Assembly: GCA_020137815.1 (NCBI GenBank)
Contig: CM035353.1
Coordinates: 620,001 to 684,000 of the forward strand
Direction of reading: 5' to 3'
Length of the DNA: 64,000 bases
DNA from: Hormiphora californensis
Lineage: Eukaryota; Animalia; Ctenophora
Under the pieces are notes generated by a model. That model was not told the origin of the DNA. It ran no database searches and saw only the letters and a list, made by a program, of their open reading frames with translations. The position numbers and the translations under genes are program-made. Each line of letters opens with the position of its first letter. Positions within the stretch are counted from its first letter, which is position 1. This document shows positions 22,002-35,900 of this stretch, piece by piece.

Positions 22002-22184
22002 AATTGATTAATTGTTACACGTGTTTGTCAGTTCTTTTAACCGTTTTTCAAGCTTCGTCATTCTTATCTGTCCTTTCCTCATATAATATACCCACCCCAA
22101 CCCTTATATCAACCCTACCGATTTATCTTCACTTTGAGATGCTCTAATTTACCCTTGCTAGAGCGTCATGGTGTTAGTAACGTC

Positions 22185-23812
22185 ATGCAGTCAGTGAAGA
22201 AGAACATACGAAATGTCCGGATTCCGGATTCCCTGACAACCCTCTCCCAAGACGCTGCCTCTCACTTGTGCGGCAAACGACATCAGGTAACAGATCATAT
22301 TGTGTAGTTCATCAATTCGTCAGTTATTTCCTCCCGCTACCATCATCTACTACGCCCAGTGTCCCGATCTCTGGAATATGAAGGAAAGATAAATGCAAAA
22401 ATTCTGCAGCAAAACAAAATCCTTGCAGCAAAATGAAAAAATATTGGGGACTGCAGCAGCAGCTGCTGCAGCAGCAGAAGATATTTCCCATACTTACACA
22501 CAGAGCAGTGCTGAGTGCTGCAGCAGCAGTGTGTAACATATTCTATCTCTCTGTTATAACAGAGAGATAGAATATGTTGGGGCATGCCCCAGTTGTGCGT
22601 AATGCACCGACAACAGTCGAGTAAGGGGGAAGGGGAAAGAAAAGAGAGATTCATACTTTAACATAGCTCTCTTTTTTCCCCATAGCTTAACAAAGGGGTG
22701 AGATCGTTATAGTCACTGCGGTCACTGTTGCAGTACCTGAGTGGAATTTTCTCGGAATTTTCCATCTCTGCAGTCGCTGCAGCACTGCAGCAGGGAAGGG
22801 GAAGAAAAGAGAGATTCATACTTTAACATAGCTCTCTTTTTTCCCCATAGCTTTACAAAGGGGTGAGATCGTTATAGTCACTGTTGCAGTCCCTGAGTGG
22901 AATATTCCAAGAAATTTCCACTGCTGCAGCAGCACTGCAGCAGGCACTGCAGAGATGGAATATTCCAAGGAATTTCCACTACTGCAGCAGCACTGCAGCA
23001 GGCACTGCAAAGATGGAATATTCCAAGGAATTTCCACTACTGCAGCAGCACTGCAGCAGGCACTGCAAAGATGGAATATTCCAAGGAATTTCCACTACTG
23101 CAGCAGCACTGCAGCAGGCACTGCAAAGATGGAATATTCCAAGGAATTTCCACTACTGCAGCAGCACTGCAGCAGGCACTGCAAAGATGGAATATTCCAA
23201 GGAATATTCCAACCTTATAGGGACTGCAGAAGGGAAATATTCCAATGTTAGGGGTACTGGGACTGCCGGGGTATTTTAGGACGGTAAAACCCCTATCCAT
23301 GACGGCATGACTGCAGCAAATAGTAAAATTCCTGCAGCAAAACGAGCTCCCAAAATGAAAATTCCAGGCGTGAAAAAAAAATCGGGACACCGGGCTACTA
23401 CGTTCAATATTTTCACAGTTTTCCAAATCATTATTATATCAAAATGACCATCTCCCATTGGCATGATAATGACATTATTTGTTTTACCTATTTAGGTGTA
23501 TAAAGATGTTGTAGTGGCATTTGATTCTCGCAAGATATGCTACAAAGTAAAACAGTGCTCTGCCATTCCCTCTCGTCTACACTGGGTAAGTACTGGCTAA
23601 TGTGAAATATATTCCACACCCAAATATAATGGTAATATATGCCCCGAGGCCCGGCTGGGTACTTATTGTCAACCAAGGCCCAATTAAAAACAACAACCCG
23701 CTCCTTCTTCCAGGTAGAGTTAACAGATATCGAGAGCATGCTAGATGAGAGTGGATCTATCAACTGTGTTACCCTTATCAGGTATGAGATAGAGAGAGAG
23801 GGGGAAGTGTGC

Positions 23813-23858
<46 letters not shown>

Positions 23859-26800
23859 GAGGGGAAGTGTGAGTGAGAATGAATGGGAGAGTGAGACAGA
23901 GTGTGTGAAAGAAGAGGGTGGAGAAACTGAGAGACACGTCACCTAGAGAGAGAGAGAAAGAGGCACAAACACTGTTTATAGTTTGTTACGATGGCATTGC
24001 TTACATTTGAAACATTTTCTTTCAGGCACGACAGCAGAAAGTACATAGTTGTGGGTGGAGCTATTTCTGAAGATAAAGGCGCAGTTTGGGTCGTTTCAAT
24101 TAAATCAGGTAATTTCTCTCCCTGTTCTCATTTACTGTTTTGTAGTCCCGTCTTTATTTAGCCAGGGCGGGGCCGGGGGCGAGAGAGAAACGTGTTATAC
24201 CTATACCCCGGTGAATCCCTGCATAATAAGTAACAACCAATTTCTAACTCAACTTTATATTCCTAGGTCGACTGGTCCGCAATTGTTTCACAACAACCCG
24301 TCCAGTCACCACGATCGCGGCTTACTCATCACCTTCCATTCTATCTGATCCTGGCATCGTAATCCTCCTTGGCACCAGGGACTGCTTTATCTACCTAACC
24401 CATGTGAATCCTCTCACCGGACCTAACTCTAAGCAGAAGTCTCTCACACCGACAACCTTCCTGGATGATATCTCGGATACCAAGATAAACAACAGCTCCC
24501 ATCCGTGCTTTGAGGTGGGGGCCAAGACCCACTCGGCCAGGGGGACATGGAGTTACATGGTGCCGGGTATGCGTCCCCAGACCTCCTATCAAGCGGGCGA
24601 GGCGGAAATAACAGCAATGGAGCTCTTTGACAACACTGGAACAGTGGTAGTAGGTTACAATAACGGCGGCTGGCAGATATGGTCGGTGGCGGGCTCTAAA
24701 GCAACCCTGAACTTCACGAGCGCCCTGTCCGAGGGAACGGTAGGGACACCCGGTAACGCGATTCTCCCTGCTCATACCAGAGGATGATCCACACAATATG
24801 TTGTACATGTGGGTCCTACACAGCCACCTCACACATGCCTTTGTGGACATGTTCCAGATGCGATTCAGGAACAAGATACCAGGCTCCGTGCCAGGGCGTG
24901 AATGATCAGTACCGTAAGATCGAGTCCCTGATACAGAGCTTTCCATTTCCCACTTTCAGAGCAGTTCTTCTTTAGTACGAGCAGTGGGGAGTTTCTGGGG
25001 TTGGTTGATTTTGAGGGTGTCCAAAAGATGAACCATCTCCACGGATGTAATGATTTCAATGGGATTATTGTTACCCTTGAGACTACTAAGTTCATCGTAA
25101 CCATCCTTTTTGACCTCAATGCTTGGTATTTCGCCCAGATGCCCGGCATGCCAAATCAAATTGCCCGACACTCACCCTACATATCATATCTTCCGGTGGA
25201 GAAAAGCACAATTTCCAAATTTTGCTGTATACAGAGTGTCAAAGTACAACCGGAGAGTTTGTTCCGGGGTAAACAGAGCTCCTCGGAGGCGTGTAACATC
25301 TTCCCGTGCTCCCTCAATACCAGCATCCTTTACAACGTTGGTAAATCCACTCTCCGTGGATTATTCTTTCCGGCCTAGCGACCTCGAGGAGGCTGGATTG
25401 GATCAGTCTGGGGTGTCCCTTACCGCCCTTGCGCTCCGGGGAGTGTTTAGTAAACACAACAATCTGTTACATGGTAAAAGGGGCAGGGCTCGGCTCCTTG
25501 AGTTCCTGAATTCCTTCCTCCCAGAGGCTGAAGGGATCCCTCAACAATTGCCATGTCGCCCATGCTCAGTGGGTTACCCATTGCCGAGGGAGAGGTGAAG
25601 AAGCTACACAGTTTGGTGAACATCACAACACACTGTACGTTCCTGTGTAGGAAGCTCGCTACTCATCATCCCTACCACCACTCCCACCACTCTGTACACC
25701 CATACAGAGTGTTACGCCAGGCTGGTGTTGGCACTCACAGACATGGCCCTGTTGCCCGGATCACACGAGCACCTCCGAGCTGCCAAGGGCAGTAGATCCC
25801 TCATCACGTTACGTAATACCGTCATTGGATCCCTCCTGGACCGTGTGGAGGGGGTTAGTGATCTTTGGCAAGGTGATACTGAGTTTCCTCCGCAAACAAT
25901 CCGTGACCTGTTAAACATACTCTATACAAGGCCCATGGACTTGCCCTTACAGTTACTTGTTATCAGTTACACTCTTCTCTACCTGGGCGAGGATCATGTG
26001 AATCTTACAAAGCTGGATGTCCTCTCCCGGGTTGACTGTGATGCTGTTAGGGCGCTGTTCTGTTTGGATCAACAGAATTATGAGGATTTCATCCGGTACC
26101 TACCCGCCAAATCCAAGGTGTTCGATTACGTTAACGTGAATCAAATTGTTGAGATCTTACTGAAGAGAAGAGAACGGAGGGTTGCCGTTCAGATGTTACT
26201 CGTTCTGGATCGAAGTATCGCGGAACAGTACACCACGAAAACTCTTGCTCTCCTTTCATCAACCCTCCCATCTGAACAGCGGATAGACCTCATCCTGACT
26301 GCGGGGAAAGAAGATCACCTAACATTTGATGCCTTACTCGATGAAAACCTGACTCATCCTCAGTTTAGTGGGATTATCCGGTCCCTGAACGAGCAGCAGC
26401 GGTTCGAATGTCTGTTTTGTGTTGTCATGAAACACAGCAAACTCTGTGACCTGCTCTCCGTGTATGGTGAGGCACAGAAGGCCCACAACTCAGAATTCCT
26501 AAGGTTCATGTTCCTGTATACGATTAAAAGGTTCTCTGACATAGAGCTAAAGGCATGCGTAACGGGACAAACTAACCCAAACACAAGCCTGGCAGACACT
26601 CCTAAATCGCAGTTAGATTTCAACAAATCCTTGCCGCTGAGTGCCCAAAAATGCCAAAACGATATTTCCGTACTGGCAAGTTTCTGTATGAACAGTGACT
26701 TGAGGACTGCTAAAGCGGACGACACCGCCTTGACTCCGATCAAGTGTAGAAGAAAGCCACCCTCCCGGGAGGATAGTATTGCCAGAACTCCGCCCCCGAA

Positions 26801-29800
26801 ATCCCTGGATATATCTGATGATATGCTTCTCCAACTTCGCACACCAATGCCGACGCCCTTAAAGACAAAGATCCTCAGTGCGCTGGAGGCACCCCGCTCC
26901 ATCCTTCGTTCCAGTAAGACAGAACGAAAGACACGGAAGCGAATAAGGTTTGATGATCCGTCTGATGTTATGCCTGCCAAAACAGCCATATCTCCAATGC
27001 GAGGTGCACTGCGATTTGACATTGCTGATGACGATGACCTAACGTCACACAAGGGAGTTTCACTTGCTGACATCTCCCCTCCTAAACAGATCATTGAATC
27101 TGTTGCTGAGTATGAAGGTGTAGAAGATATTCCCGGGCCATCGTCGAGTGCCACCTTCATTGCTCCCCCGCCCCCGATAAACGAGGATAGCAATGATAGC
27201 ATATCGTTTGAGATTGTCTCGCCCTTCACTGCAGTCCCTCCTACCATACAAGAGGAAGACTCGTCCCCACCAGCGGAGGAGGAGGGTGATTCCTCGTTCC
27301 AAATTGAACCTATTCTCATCAATGAAGACACACTAGCGTCGTCCTCACCGGTCCGCGACATCACATTCGATGAACGGGAGGAGAAGGAAGAAGTTTCAGT
27401 TTGTGTGTCTGATGTTACTTTTGAGATAGCAGAGGAGACTCAGCGACATGATGTGAGCCTTGATGAGGAGACTCAGCGACAACAACATGATGTGAGCCTC
27501 GAGCAACATGACTTTGACGAGGAAGATGAATCGTTTGTATCAGCCGAGAATTCATCCTCAATTCTTCTAGATGAGTCTGTTGGTAAGAGGGTGATGTTTG
27601 AGGAACCTGCTCCATCCGTCCACGAGATTGTGTCAGATGACGATGAAGATGAGCCGGTAGTCAAGAGGAAAGTTATGTTCCTGGAACCAGAACGACCTTC
27701 CTCCCCTCCCTCTGTTTGTGATGTTGCGGAGGAGGAATCCCCAATCATATCTCCGGGGGAAGGAAGAAGTTCCCCCGCTGAAACATCATCTCCCGACAGA
27801 ATTCCAGGATCATCTCCCGACAGAGTTCCAGGATCTTCGCCTGAAAGAAGTTCCCCAATAACCTCACCAAGTTCGCCCTCGCCACCGCGACATGAGGCCC
27901 CAGTTGAATCATCCCCCATACCCCCAGCGGAGGTCTCGCCAGTTCGAGAAGCTATAGAGATACCCTCAACACCTGATTCTCCAGATGAAGAAAAGGAAGT
28001 ACATGATTCTGCATCAGCTGAGGTGGTGGAAATTGGAAGTGATGATAGTCATAGTGCAGAGGAGATAGAAAGCGTTTCATCTGGCGAAGAGGAGGAGGGA
28101 GAAAGTGGTGAAGATGAGAGTGAGGAACTCTCGGACGATGAAGAAAAAGAAGACGAGGTTTATGAAGTTGCTCCTGAGGGAGAGGCTCCTGAGCAGGATG
28201 AATCGGAGGACGACTCACTGTTGGAGGGAGCTGGTGGTCCGGAGGGAGGGTTTAGTCCTTCGTCAAGCATCGAGCTCCTTCAAGTACCAGATTCTCCACT
28301 CGCCGGCTCTGCCCCCGGTTCTCCACTCGCCGGCTCTGCCCCCGGATCTCCACTCGCCGACTCTGCCCCCGGTTCTCCTCTTGCCGACTCTGCCCCGGGA
28401 TCTCCACTCACCGGCTCTGCCCCCGATTCTCCACTCGCCGGCTCTACCACGGGTTCTCCACTAGCCGGCTCTGCCCCGGGTTCTCCACTCGCCGGCTCTG
28501 CCCCGGGTTCTCCACTCGCCGGCTCTGCCCCGGGTTCTCCACTTGCCGGCTCTGCCCCGGGTTCTCCACTTGCCGGCTCTGCCCCGGGTTCTCCACTCGC
28601 CGGCTCTGCCCCGGGTTCTCCACTCGCCGGCTCTGCCCCGGGTTCTCCACTCGCCGGCTCTGCCCCCGGTTCTCCACTCGCCGGCTCTGCCCCGGGTTCT
28701 CCACTTGCCGGCTCTGCCCCGGGTTCTCCACTCGCCGGCTCTGCCCCGGTCTCTCCATCTGCTACTCGTGAGAGTGATACTGACACCTCTTCATTGAGTG
28801 AAGGAGACAGTGAAGATCAAAGCGATGGGTCATCCATTCATGTGATAACATGCATGGAGGATGATCAAAGAGGGGGGTCGCCTATCCAAAGTATCACCAG
28901 TATCGGTTCGTCCTCTCCCTCATTGGTGGATTCCCGGCCCATATCGCCTTCCCAGGAAGATCCGATTGATCCTTCAGAAATGGAAACATCACCAAGAGAC
29001 CCAGCTACAGAAACAGCATCAAGAGACTCGACCGGAGATCCAGTGGCATCACCTCCAGTACGAAAAGTACGTACAGTATGTTTCTCGGATGACCTAGAGG
29101 AATCGTTTGTATCAGCCCCGGGCGACATAGAACCATCAACATCACCACACCCTGAGGAGGAGGAGAATATAGAGCCCGATGAGAAGGCTCCACAGGAGAC
29201 TGAGGAGGCTGGGGAACTACTTTCTGAATCGGAAGATGATGAGGAAGTGGAGAAGTTTGAGTTTGCTGATCCACAACCAGCTACCACATCATCATCATGG
29301 TTTAGGGATACCTTCCCCTCCCACGATACCATGACATTCACTTTCGGTGTACCCTCGGTAGCTGCCACTCCACAGAGAATGACGCGGTCACGTGCTGCTA
29401 AAGCCAAGGCACTGGGGACAACAGAGGATGGTCCCTCGTCATCCTCCCTTTCTAGTGGAATTATGAGTGGGTTTTCTTCTTCTTCCTCTGTACCATCTAG
29501 TGGGATTATGAGTGGGTTTAGTTTTATCTCCGGTCCAACTTCTGTTATCTCCATGGAGGAAAACAAAGAGGTACCCCCACTAACGACAGAGTTATCATCT
29601 GTACCTGCAGCTCCCTCTACACCAGTTATAACTGAGGAGACAAAGGAAACCCCAACGTCTCAACACATCTCTCCATCCTCTCCTGCAACACCACCCTCTA
29701 CTGCCTCCCCATCATCTTCTGCTACCCCTCCTGCCTCCCCACCATCTCCTAAAACACCGCCCCGGACAGTGACGTCATCAATCAGAGACAGCATCTTATC

Positions 29801-31514
29801 TCTATTTTCACCCGCATCTGTCCAAACTCCACCACGATACGAACTAAAGGCACCATCCTCTGGTGGGGGTCCCTTCCGTCTCTCTCGGACTAGTGGACAG
29901 GACTGTGAGGGGACTAAGGAGGAGGTTATGGTAACTGACCCTGCTGCTACCACTACTACCCTTCCTTCATTCCGTGTCCTACATCGAACCACCTCACCAC
30001 CCCGACCTGCAGTTGTAGAGGAAGAGGTTACACCACCCCGACCTGCAGTTGTAGATGAAGAGGTTACACCACCCCGACCTGCAGTTGTAGAGGAAGAGGT
30101 TACACCACCCCGACCTGCAGCTGTAGAGGAAGAGGTTACACCACCCCGACCTGCAGCTGTAGAGGAAGAGGTTACACCACCCCGACCTGCAGCTGTAGAG
30201 GAAGAGGTTACACCTCCCCGACCTGCAGTTGGAGAGGAAGAGGTTACACCACCCCGACCTGCAGTTGGAGAGGACGATGAAGAAGAGGTTACACCGCCAT
30301 CAGATGACATTTCTGAGGACCGCCCTGATGAAATGGATATTGGATCGCCTGATAGAGGATCGGATGATTCCTCGATCCCCCCTCCCTCATTACCAGTCCA
30401 TGTTTCACCACCCTCCTCCCCGTTCCACCCTGCAGCTCCTGTGGCACCCCGTTCACCACTAACCGTCTCATCTCCAATCAGACCACCTTCTGAGGCTGTA
30501 TCACCCATTTCCTCGCAGCAAACCACAGGAATGGTATCGTCTCAGGAAACTGGGTTCATCTCCATTTACTCCTCTCCAGAGATCGTCCCCTCCTCACAGG
30601 AGAGTGAACCTATTTCTCAAAGTGAGGATCCTTCCCCAACACCCGCTCTCCCTTCTCCAACACCCGCTCTCCCTTCTCCACCCGCAGCCACAACAGCAGG
30701 ACGAAGGAAGACAAGGAAGAACACTCGGAGTGTTGAGGTTAAACCCCCCGAGGAGGAACCTGCCACTACCACTCCGTCTCCTCCAAGAAAGATTCTCCGT
30801 GCAAGGAGAGCCCGGACAACAAGTGTTGAATCAACAACATCATCCAACACACGAAATGTCCGCTCTACTAAAGTCTTGAAAAAGAGTAAAGTGGAGATAT
30901 CTGATTCTGATGATATGGTCATTGTCTCGTCTCAAGAATTGTCTTCTCTCCCCTCGACCCCAACCAAAGAGGAAGACTCAGCAACCCCAACACCTGGATC
31001 CCCCGTCACCCCTCCCACAACAAAAAGAAGGGGTACCAGGGCCACACCAGGGAGGACCCGGAAAGCAGCAGCAACGGCAGCTCCCCCTGGTAAAATGCCA
31101 CGTGAAGCCACCACACCCAGCAGACGAATGACGAGGCAGACAAGTGCCACTTCAAGCGTCACATCTGAGGTATCGGATATTAGCAGTATAGCTACAACTG
31201 CCTCGGGTCGTGTGACTCGCAGTCGGTCCCGTCAAACTTCAAACGCTGATCTCCCTCTCTCTCAGTCATCATCAGTAGCAACCCTCCCTCTCTCTCAGTC
31301 GTCATCAGTAGCTCCAGAGGAGCCGGTTACACCGTCTAGAAGGAGAACTAGGAAGGCAAAAACAGGGGAGGAGGAGGCTGGGACGAGGGCTAAAAGGACA
31401 CTAGGATCTGTGGGCGAAGAAGAGGGGACATCATCGCCACCGAAACGATCCCGAACTAAAACACCTCAGACTGTCGAGAAGCGGGTTACCCGGTCAGCAA
31501 AGAAAAAGAAATGA
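22185..31514 (+). CDS. AHCTF1: Nucleoporin ELYS/AHCTF1; exons 22185-22286, 23496-23585, 23714-23781, 24026-24108 and 24267-31514 (several frameshifts between 24770 and 25730)
   Basis: Phase-consistent exons. EDDPHNMLYMW and FDLNAWYFAQMP match the ELYS beta-propeller signatures. Also SILR plus RIRF PP1-docking motifs and a long acidic S/P-rich region with a basic C-terminus. Confidence 0.85.
22355..23394. mobile_element. Non-autonomous DNA transposon with 8-bp TSD and internal CTGCAG-rich 58-bp tandem repeats (~22890-23210)
   Basis: TSD CTACTACG at 22347-22354 and 23395-23402. TIR CCCAGTGTCCCGAT / ATCGGGACACCGGG. Confidence 0.88.
28290..28748 (+). repeat. Coding 27-bp minisatellite, ~17 x GSPLAGSAP, in ELYS
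   Basis: Seen directly. Confidence 0.95.
29991..30296 (+). repeat. Coding 36-bp minisatellite, ~8 x TPPRPAxVEEEV, in ELYS
   Basis: Seen directly. Confidence 0.95.
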
Positions 31515-32162
31515 GCAGGATGATTGGGACTTTTATTTATTACTTTATAGAGTTTTGATTTGTTTGAGATATGTGATACATCAATTTCTTAAACGCTTGG
31601 CTGACACACGATCACTATTTGAATAGAGCCGAGAGTTTTTTAACGGGGAACAAAAAAGAGCGATTCGAAATATGACGAAGTGTATGATAGTAGTTTTTAA
31701 CATGGCCCCTCTCAAAATCAAGCAAGTGTGTAATTCGTTTTTATGAGTTCGTCTATTCTCGCTTCTATTCCTGGTAAATTTTGTGTTTCAATTTATGGCT
31801 CTATATTTTGCGGTATGGACCGGGGTTACCGCCAAAACGCACCAGCAACTAGCCGCCATACGACATAGATCAATGAAAGCACACTATCTTAGTGCGCACA
31901 ATGCGGCGCGCACTAGCCAAGGGCTTGAACCACTCTACCGGACATTTCGTCATCGGTTTCAGTTTGTGAGTTCTCTCCGGACCAATAGCAGGGCCGAGCA
32001 AGGCAAGTTTCAGTTACGTCATTGGTTACGGTTGTCAGTTATACCTGTCTCTGGTATCACTCATTAGAAGATGATTAACAGTAGAATCATGATGATATGA
32101 TATCTACTATGATATCTACTATGATATCTACTATGATATCTATACAACCGAATCTATTATAG

Positions 32163-32299
32163 TATAGAGGAAATAAGCACACTCACCTCCTCTGATTTCT
32201 GCGAAACTTCTCTCTCCTCAGTGTTCTCCATTACCACCCTTTGGCATGGGAGAAGTTTCACAGAAATCAGAGGATGTTAGTGTGCTTATTGTCTCTATA
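32163..32299. mobile_element. Short hairpin MITE
   Basis: TAGAGGAAATAAGCACACT...CTCTGATTTCTGCGAAACTTCTC is inverted against GAGAAGTTTCACAGAAATCAGAGG...AGTGTGCTTATT.TCTCTA. Confidence 0.75.
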
Positions 32300-32905
32300 G
32301 CTAGACTCAGGGTTGAAATTCTCCGTTTTGTGCCCACGGATCGACACATGCACTAATCATAACGTGCCCTAAAATGTAGAAAGCATTGGAAAAAGCGTCA
32401 GAATACCCATTACCCGCTCTTCTCTGTCTGTGCGATGGCTGACCACAAGTCATCCGGTACATCTCTGACTTCAATCAAAGTATTACCCATACTTTGTGGT
32501 CCCCAATAGATTGAAACTCAGTAACTAGGGACCGGTAACTAGGGACCGAAGACAGTTTGATTCTGCAATCATCTTTACTTAAAAACATATCAATTTACAG
32601 CAAGAAAGGGTAACTCAGAAACCATAATATAACTCAGAACCCACAGCCTAATTGTTCACCATCCACCCTTTTGTCTATTTTCACTACACTGTAAACGTAA
32701 TTAACGCAGCAAAAAGTTCGGTTTCTGGCGAGAGTCCAGGTATCGGTCATCGGTGTGTCGATCATTTCGGTCTTCCTGGTGCCCATGGCTTCATCATCAT
32801 GGTGTACTGGTGCGTGGGAGGTGGTGTTCTTGACGTTAGGTGGTGGCCGGGTTGCCGTGTACACTGTACAGTCGTTCTGTAGGTGGACTCATGCTGTTTA
32901 GTCAA

Positions 32906-35900
32906 CTAGTCCTGGATATTGGGTGCTCGGCGGTGGGCCCTTGGTGGATTTAGGGTGGATTTAGTCCAGGCCGTGATATACGATTGTACATCACTGTACA
33001 AAATGGGATTAAGTACGGAATTCAATGGTAGAATTATAAGCGAGAAGACCTGGTACCATGGTGACATATCCACAACCTCGGCCGTGTGGAGGGCACAGCA
33101 AATCAAACAGGGCATCCAGCAGCAGAAATCAGTGATACAGATCAATGTAACTTTCTTGCTAAGGACGGTGTTGCTCCTACTTCCCTCCATCTTCGTCATC
33201 CTAGCAAACACATAGATGGCGATGTGACAAAAGGCCACAACTAGAAAGGAGCACGAGTGCATGGCGATGTTTATCCATACGTAGGCAACTTGAGGATCAT
33301 CCAGCCGCACGAAATACTTGAAGAGACACACGGGGTCATTACCGTAGAATGACAGATCATGGCCGTGAACCCCGCCATACTCTTTTGTGAACATTCCCCC
33401 TAGGATATCTTTCAGTCGAGCCCAGGAGAGTTGGTTAGCCATGTGTTTCATACCCATAACCCTGGCGTCGTAGTGCTGTCGTACGTGGCCGACTAGCTGT
33501 TGCTTTGTGAGAGCTCCCCTGAAATACTGGGATATCGTTATCAAATCGAACTCCGTTCACAAACCAATCCTCAAGACCAGGAGTTATCGGGACCACCCCT
33601 GATACAACCGAGATTCCAACTATACCAACTACCACTAATGTGGTTTTGATCCTCATTCTTGGGGTTACCTCCGTAGATTGGCGATATTGGGTGGCATTAA
33701 CAGCCCCTCGGAACCTTACCCCACTAATTATTGCCATGGATAGAGATGAAATGGAGGCCCCGGTAGTACCAATAACACCAGTTATCTTGCAGTACCCGCT
33801 GGACAACCACTCCAGTTGCTGGGTACAAAACTGCCTCGATTGGACAAAGTGCTGGACAGTAACCAGTAGAAGGTACAGTCCAGTCAGGGTATCTCCAAAC
33901 GAGATGGTCAATACAAAGACTTGGTTGAGGTAAGCTCCACTTTTCTTAGCTGGATCAGTCCACAATGTTTTACCCTGATAAAGGAGACCCAAACATACCC
34001 CAAACACACCCATGACTAGAGCCACAACAGCTATACCATCTCCTTTTACGAGGCCCCTCTTACAGTTATCGTTACACTCGTCTGACAAGTCGTTACAGTC
34101 TATCTGTCCATTACAGTGCTTGTCCAAGGAGAGGAATGTTGAGTTATCATTGCATCTAAAGTTGTTCGTACAGCCCCGTTCATCGGAATGATCCCCACAG
34201 TCATTGACAGTGTCACAAACCTTCTCAAAGGCTACACACACACTATTTTCACAGACAAAGATATCGTTGTGATATGTCCCTCTCTCCCGTAGGATCGCAG
34301 TAACTGCCCCTGAGGCCAGGTTGAAGGAGTGAGCTTTGTTTCCTAGATTTCCACACGATGTGTGCAGGACAGGCCTTGTTAGAGGACACGTCGTGTTCTT
34401 ACATAGTCCAAGACAGCTATAAAAGACGTAAGCCTCCCCGAACAAATATCGACAGTCTTGCTTCTTTTTTGAAAGTACGATTGATTTTTCCTGGTTTCTG
34501 CCGAAGAACTGGTTAACAGGAAGATTAAACTCAGTTTCGCTGCAATGAGTTTGGTGTTGTAGATTCAGGTGTTTTAGTCCCTTGAAACATAACGCCACAG
34601 TATACATCTTCTTCGGTCCCCCACGAAATGCCACCACACGGCCGAGCATTGTTTGGACGTTAGGTCTGGGTCTTCGACATCCGGCAATCTCGATTTCACT
34701 TGATCCGCACATTCCTGCTATCTCTAAAACGTCTCCCTCTCGACTGATAAGGGCGTCTCTGCAGATCGTATTGTTGGTCCGTTTGATTTTCCGTGCCAGT
34801 CCGCATACCTCCCATTGAGACATGTCCTCATCTAGTCCATTCACACAATCCTGCTCTCCGTCTCCAACCCAATTAAGTGGAATCCTAAGGTCTGGTCTGC
34901 CCAATCGAAACCGCCGTTCACATATTTTATCCGTTAGCTGTTCACACGATCCCGTGGTCTCGTCAGTTGCTAGGTTGCAGTCGGAGATACCGTCACAAAG
35001 GGCATGTTTGTGGATGTTACAGTACCTACAAAGGGCATGTTTGTGGATGTTACAGTACCTACAAAGGGCATGTTTGTGGATGTTACAGTACCTACAAAGG
35101 GCATGTTTGTGGATGTTACAGTACCTACAAAGGGCATGTTTGTGGATATTACAGTATCTACAAAGGGCATGTTTGTGGATGTTACAGTACCTACAAAGGG
35201 CATGTTTGTGGATGTTACAGTACCTACAAAGGGCATGTTTGTGGATGTTACAGTACCTACAAAGAGCATGTTTGTGGATGTTACAGTACCTACAAAGGGC
35301 ATGTTTGTGGATGTTACAGTACCTACAAAGGGCATGTTTGTGGATGTTACAGTACCTACAAAGGGCATGTTTGTGGATGTTACAGTACCTACAAAGGGCA
35401 TGTTTGTGGATGTTACAGTACCTACAAAGGGCATGTTTGTGGATGTTACAGTACCTACAAAGGGCATGTTTGTGGATGTTACAGTACCTACAAAGGGCAT
35501 GTTTGTGGATGTTACAGTACCTACAAAGGGCATGCTTGTGGATGTTACAGTACCTACAAAGGGCATGTTTGTCGATGTTACAGTACCTACAAAGGGTATG
35601 TTTGTGGATGTTACAGTACCTACAGCCTACAGGAATATATAGACTTAGTTTGCGGATGGTACACTTTATAGATTATGTGATATTGATAGGCCATGAAATA
35701 CTTCATTATATATGTGCCCCTGTATCATGAAATGTAGGAATTCCCTCACAGATGTGAAACTAAAACTCACCGGTTTGGTTGGTGACAATTCTGCTCCATT
35801 TTATCATCACAGATCTGCGGGGCGATCGTCTTGCAAATGATAAATTTGGAGATAGTTGCCGGGTACCCTCCAACCTGACACCGTCCAGCAATCCTTCCCG

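Noticed and set aside
24770-25730. Programmed frameshifting or pseudogenisation of ELYS, CDK12/13 and NUBP1
   Set aside because: Single-base indels are scattered across several essential genes, often in short homopolymers. Sequencing error is the simpler explanation.
26360-31162. Long minus-strand ORFs opposite ELYS
   Set aside because: Antisense shadows of a biased, repetitive CDS with no recognisable motifs.
31915-31950. tRNA or SINE from a B-box-like GGTTCAAGCC on the minus strand
   Set aside because: No A-box at proper spacing and no cloverleaf.
34995-35621. 33-bp repeats as a CRISPR array
   Set aside because: The units are contiguous with no unique spacers, there are no cas genes, and the context is eukaryotic. 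The same applies to the 58-bp and ~30-bp arrays.
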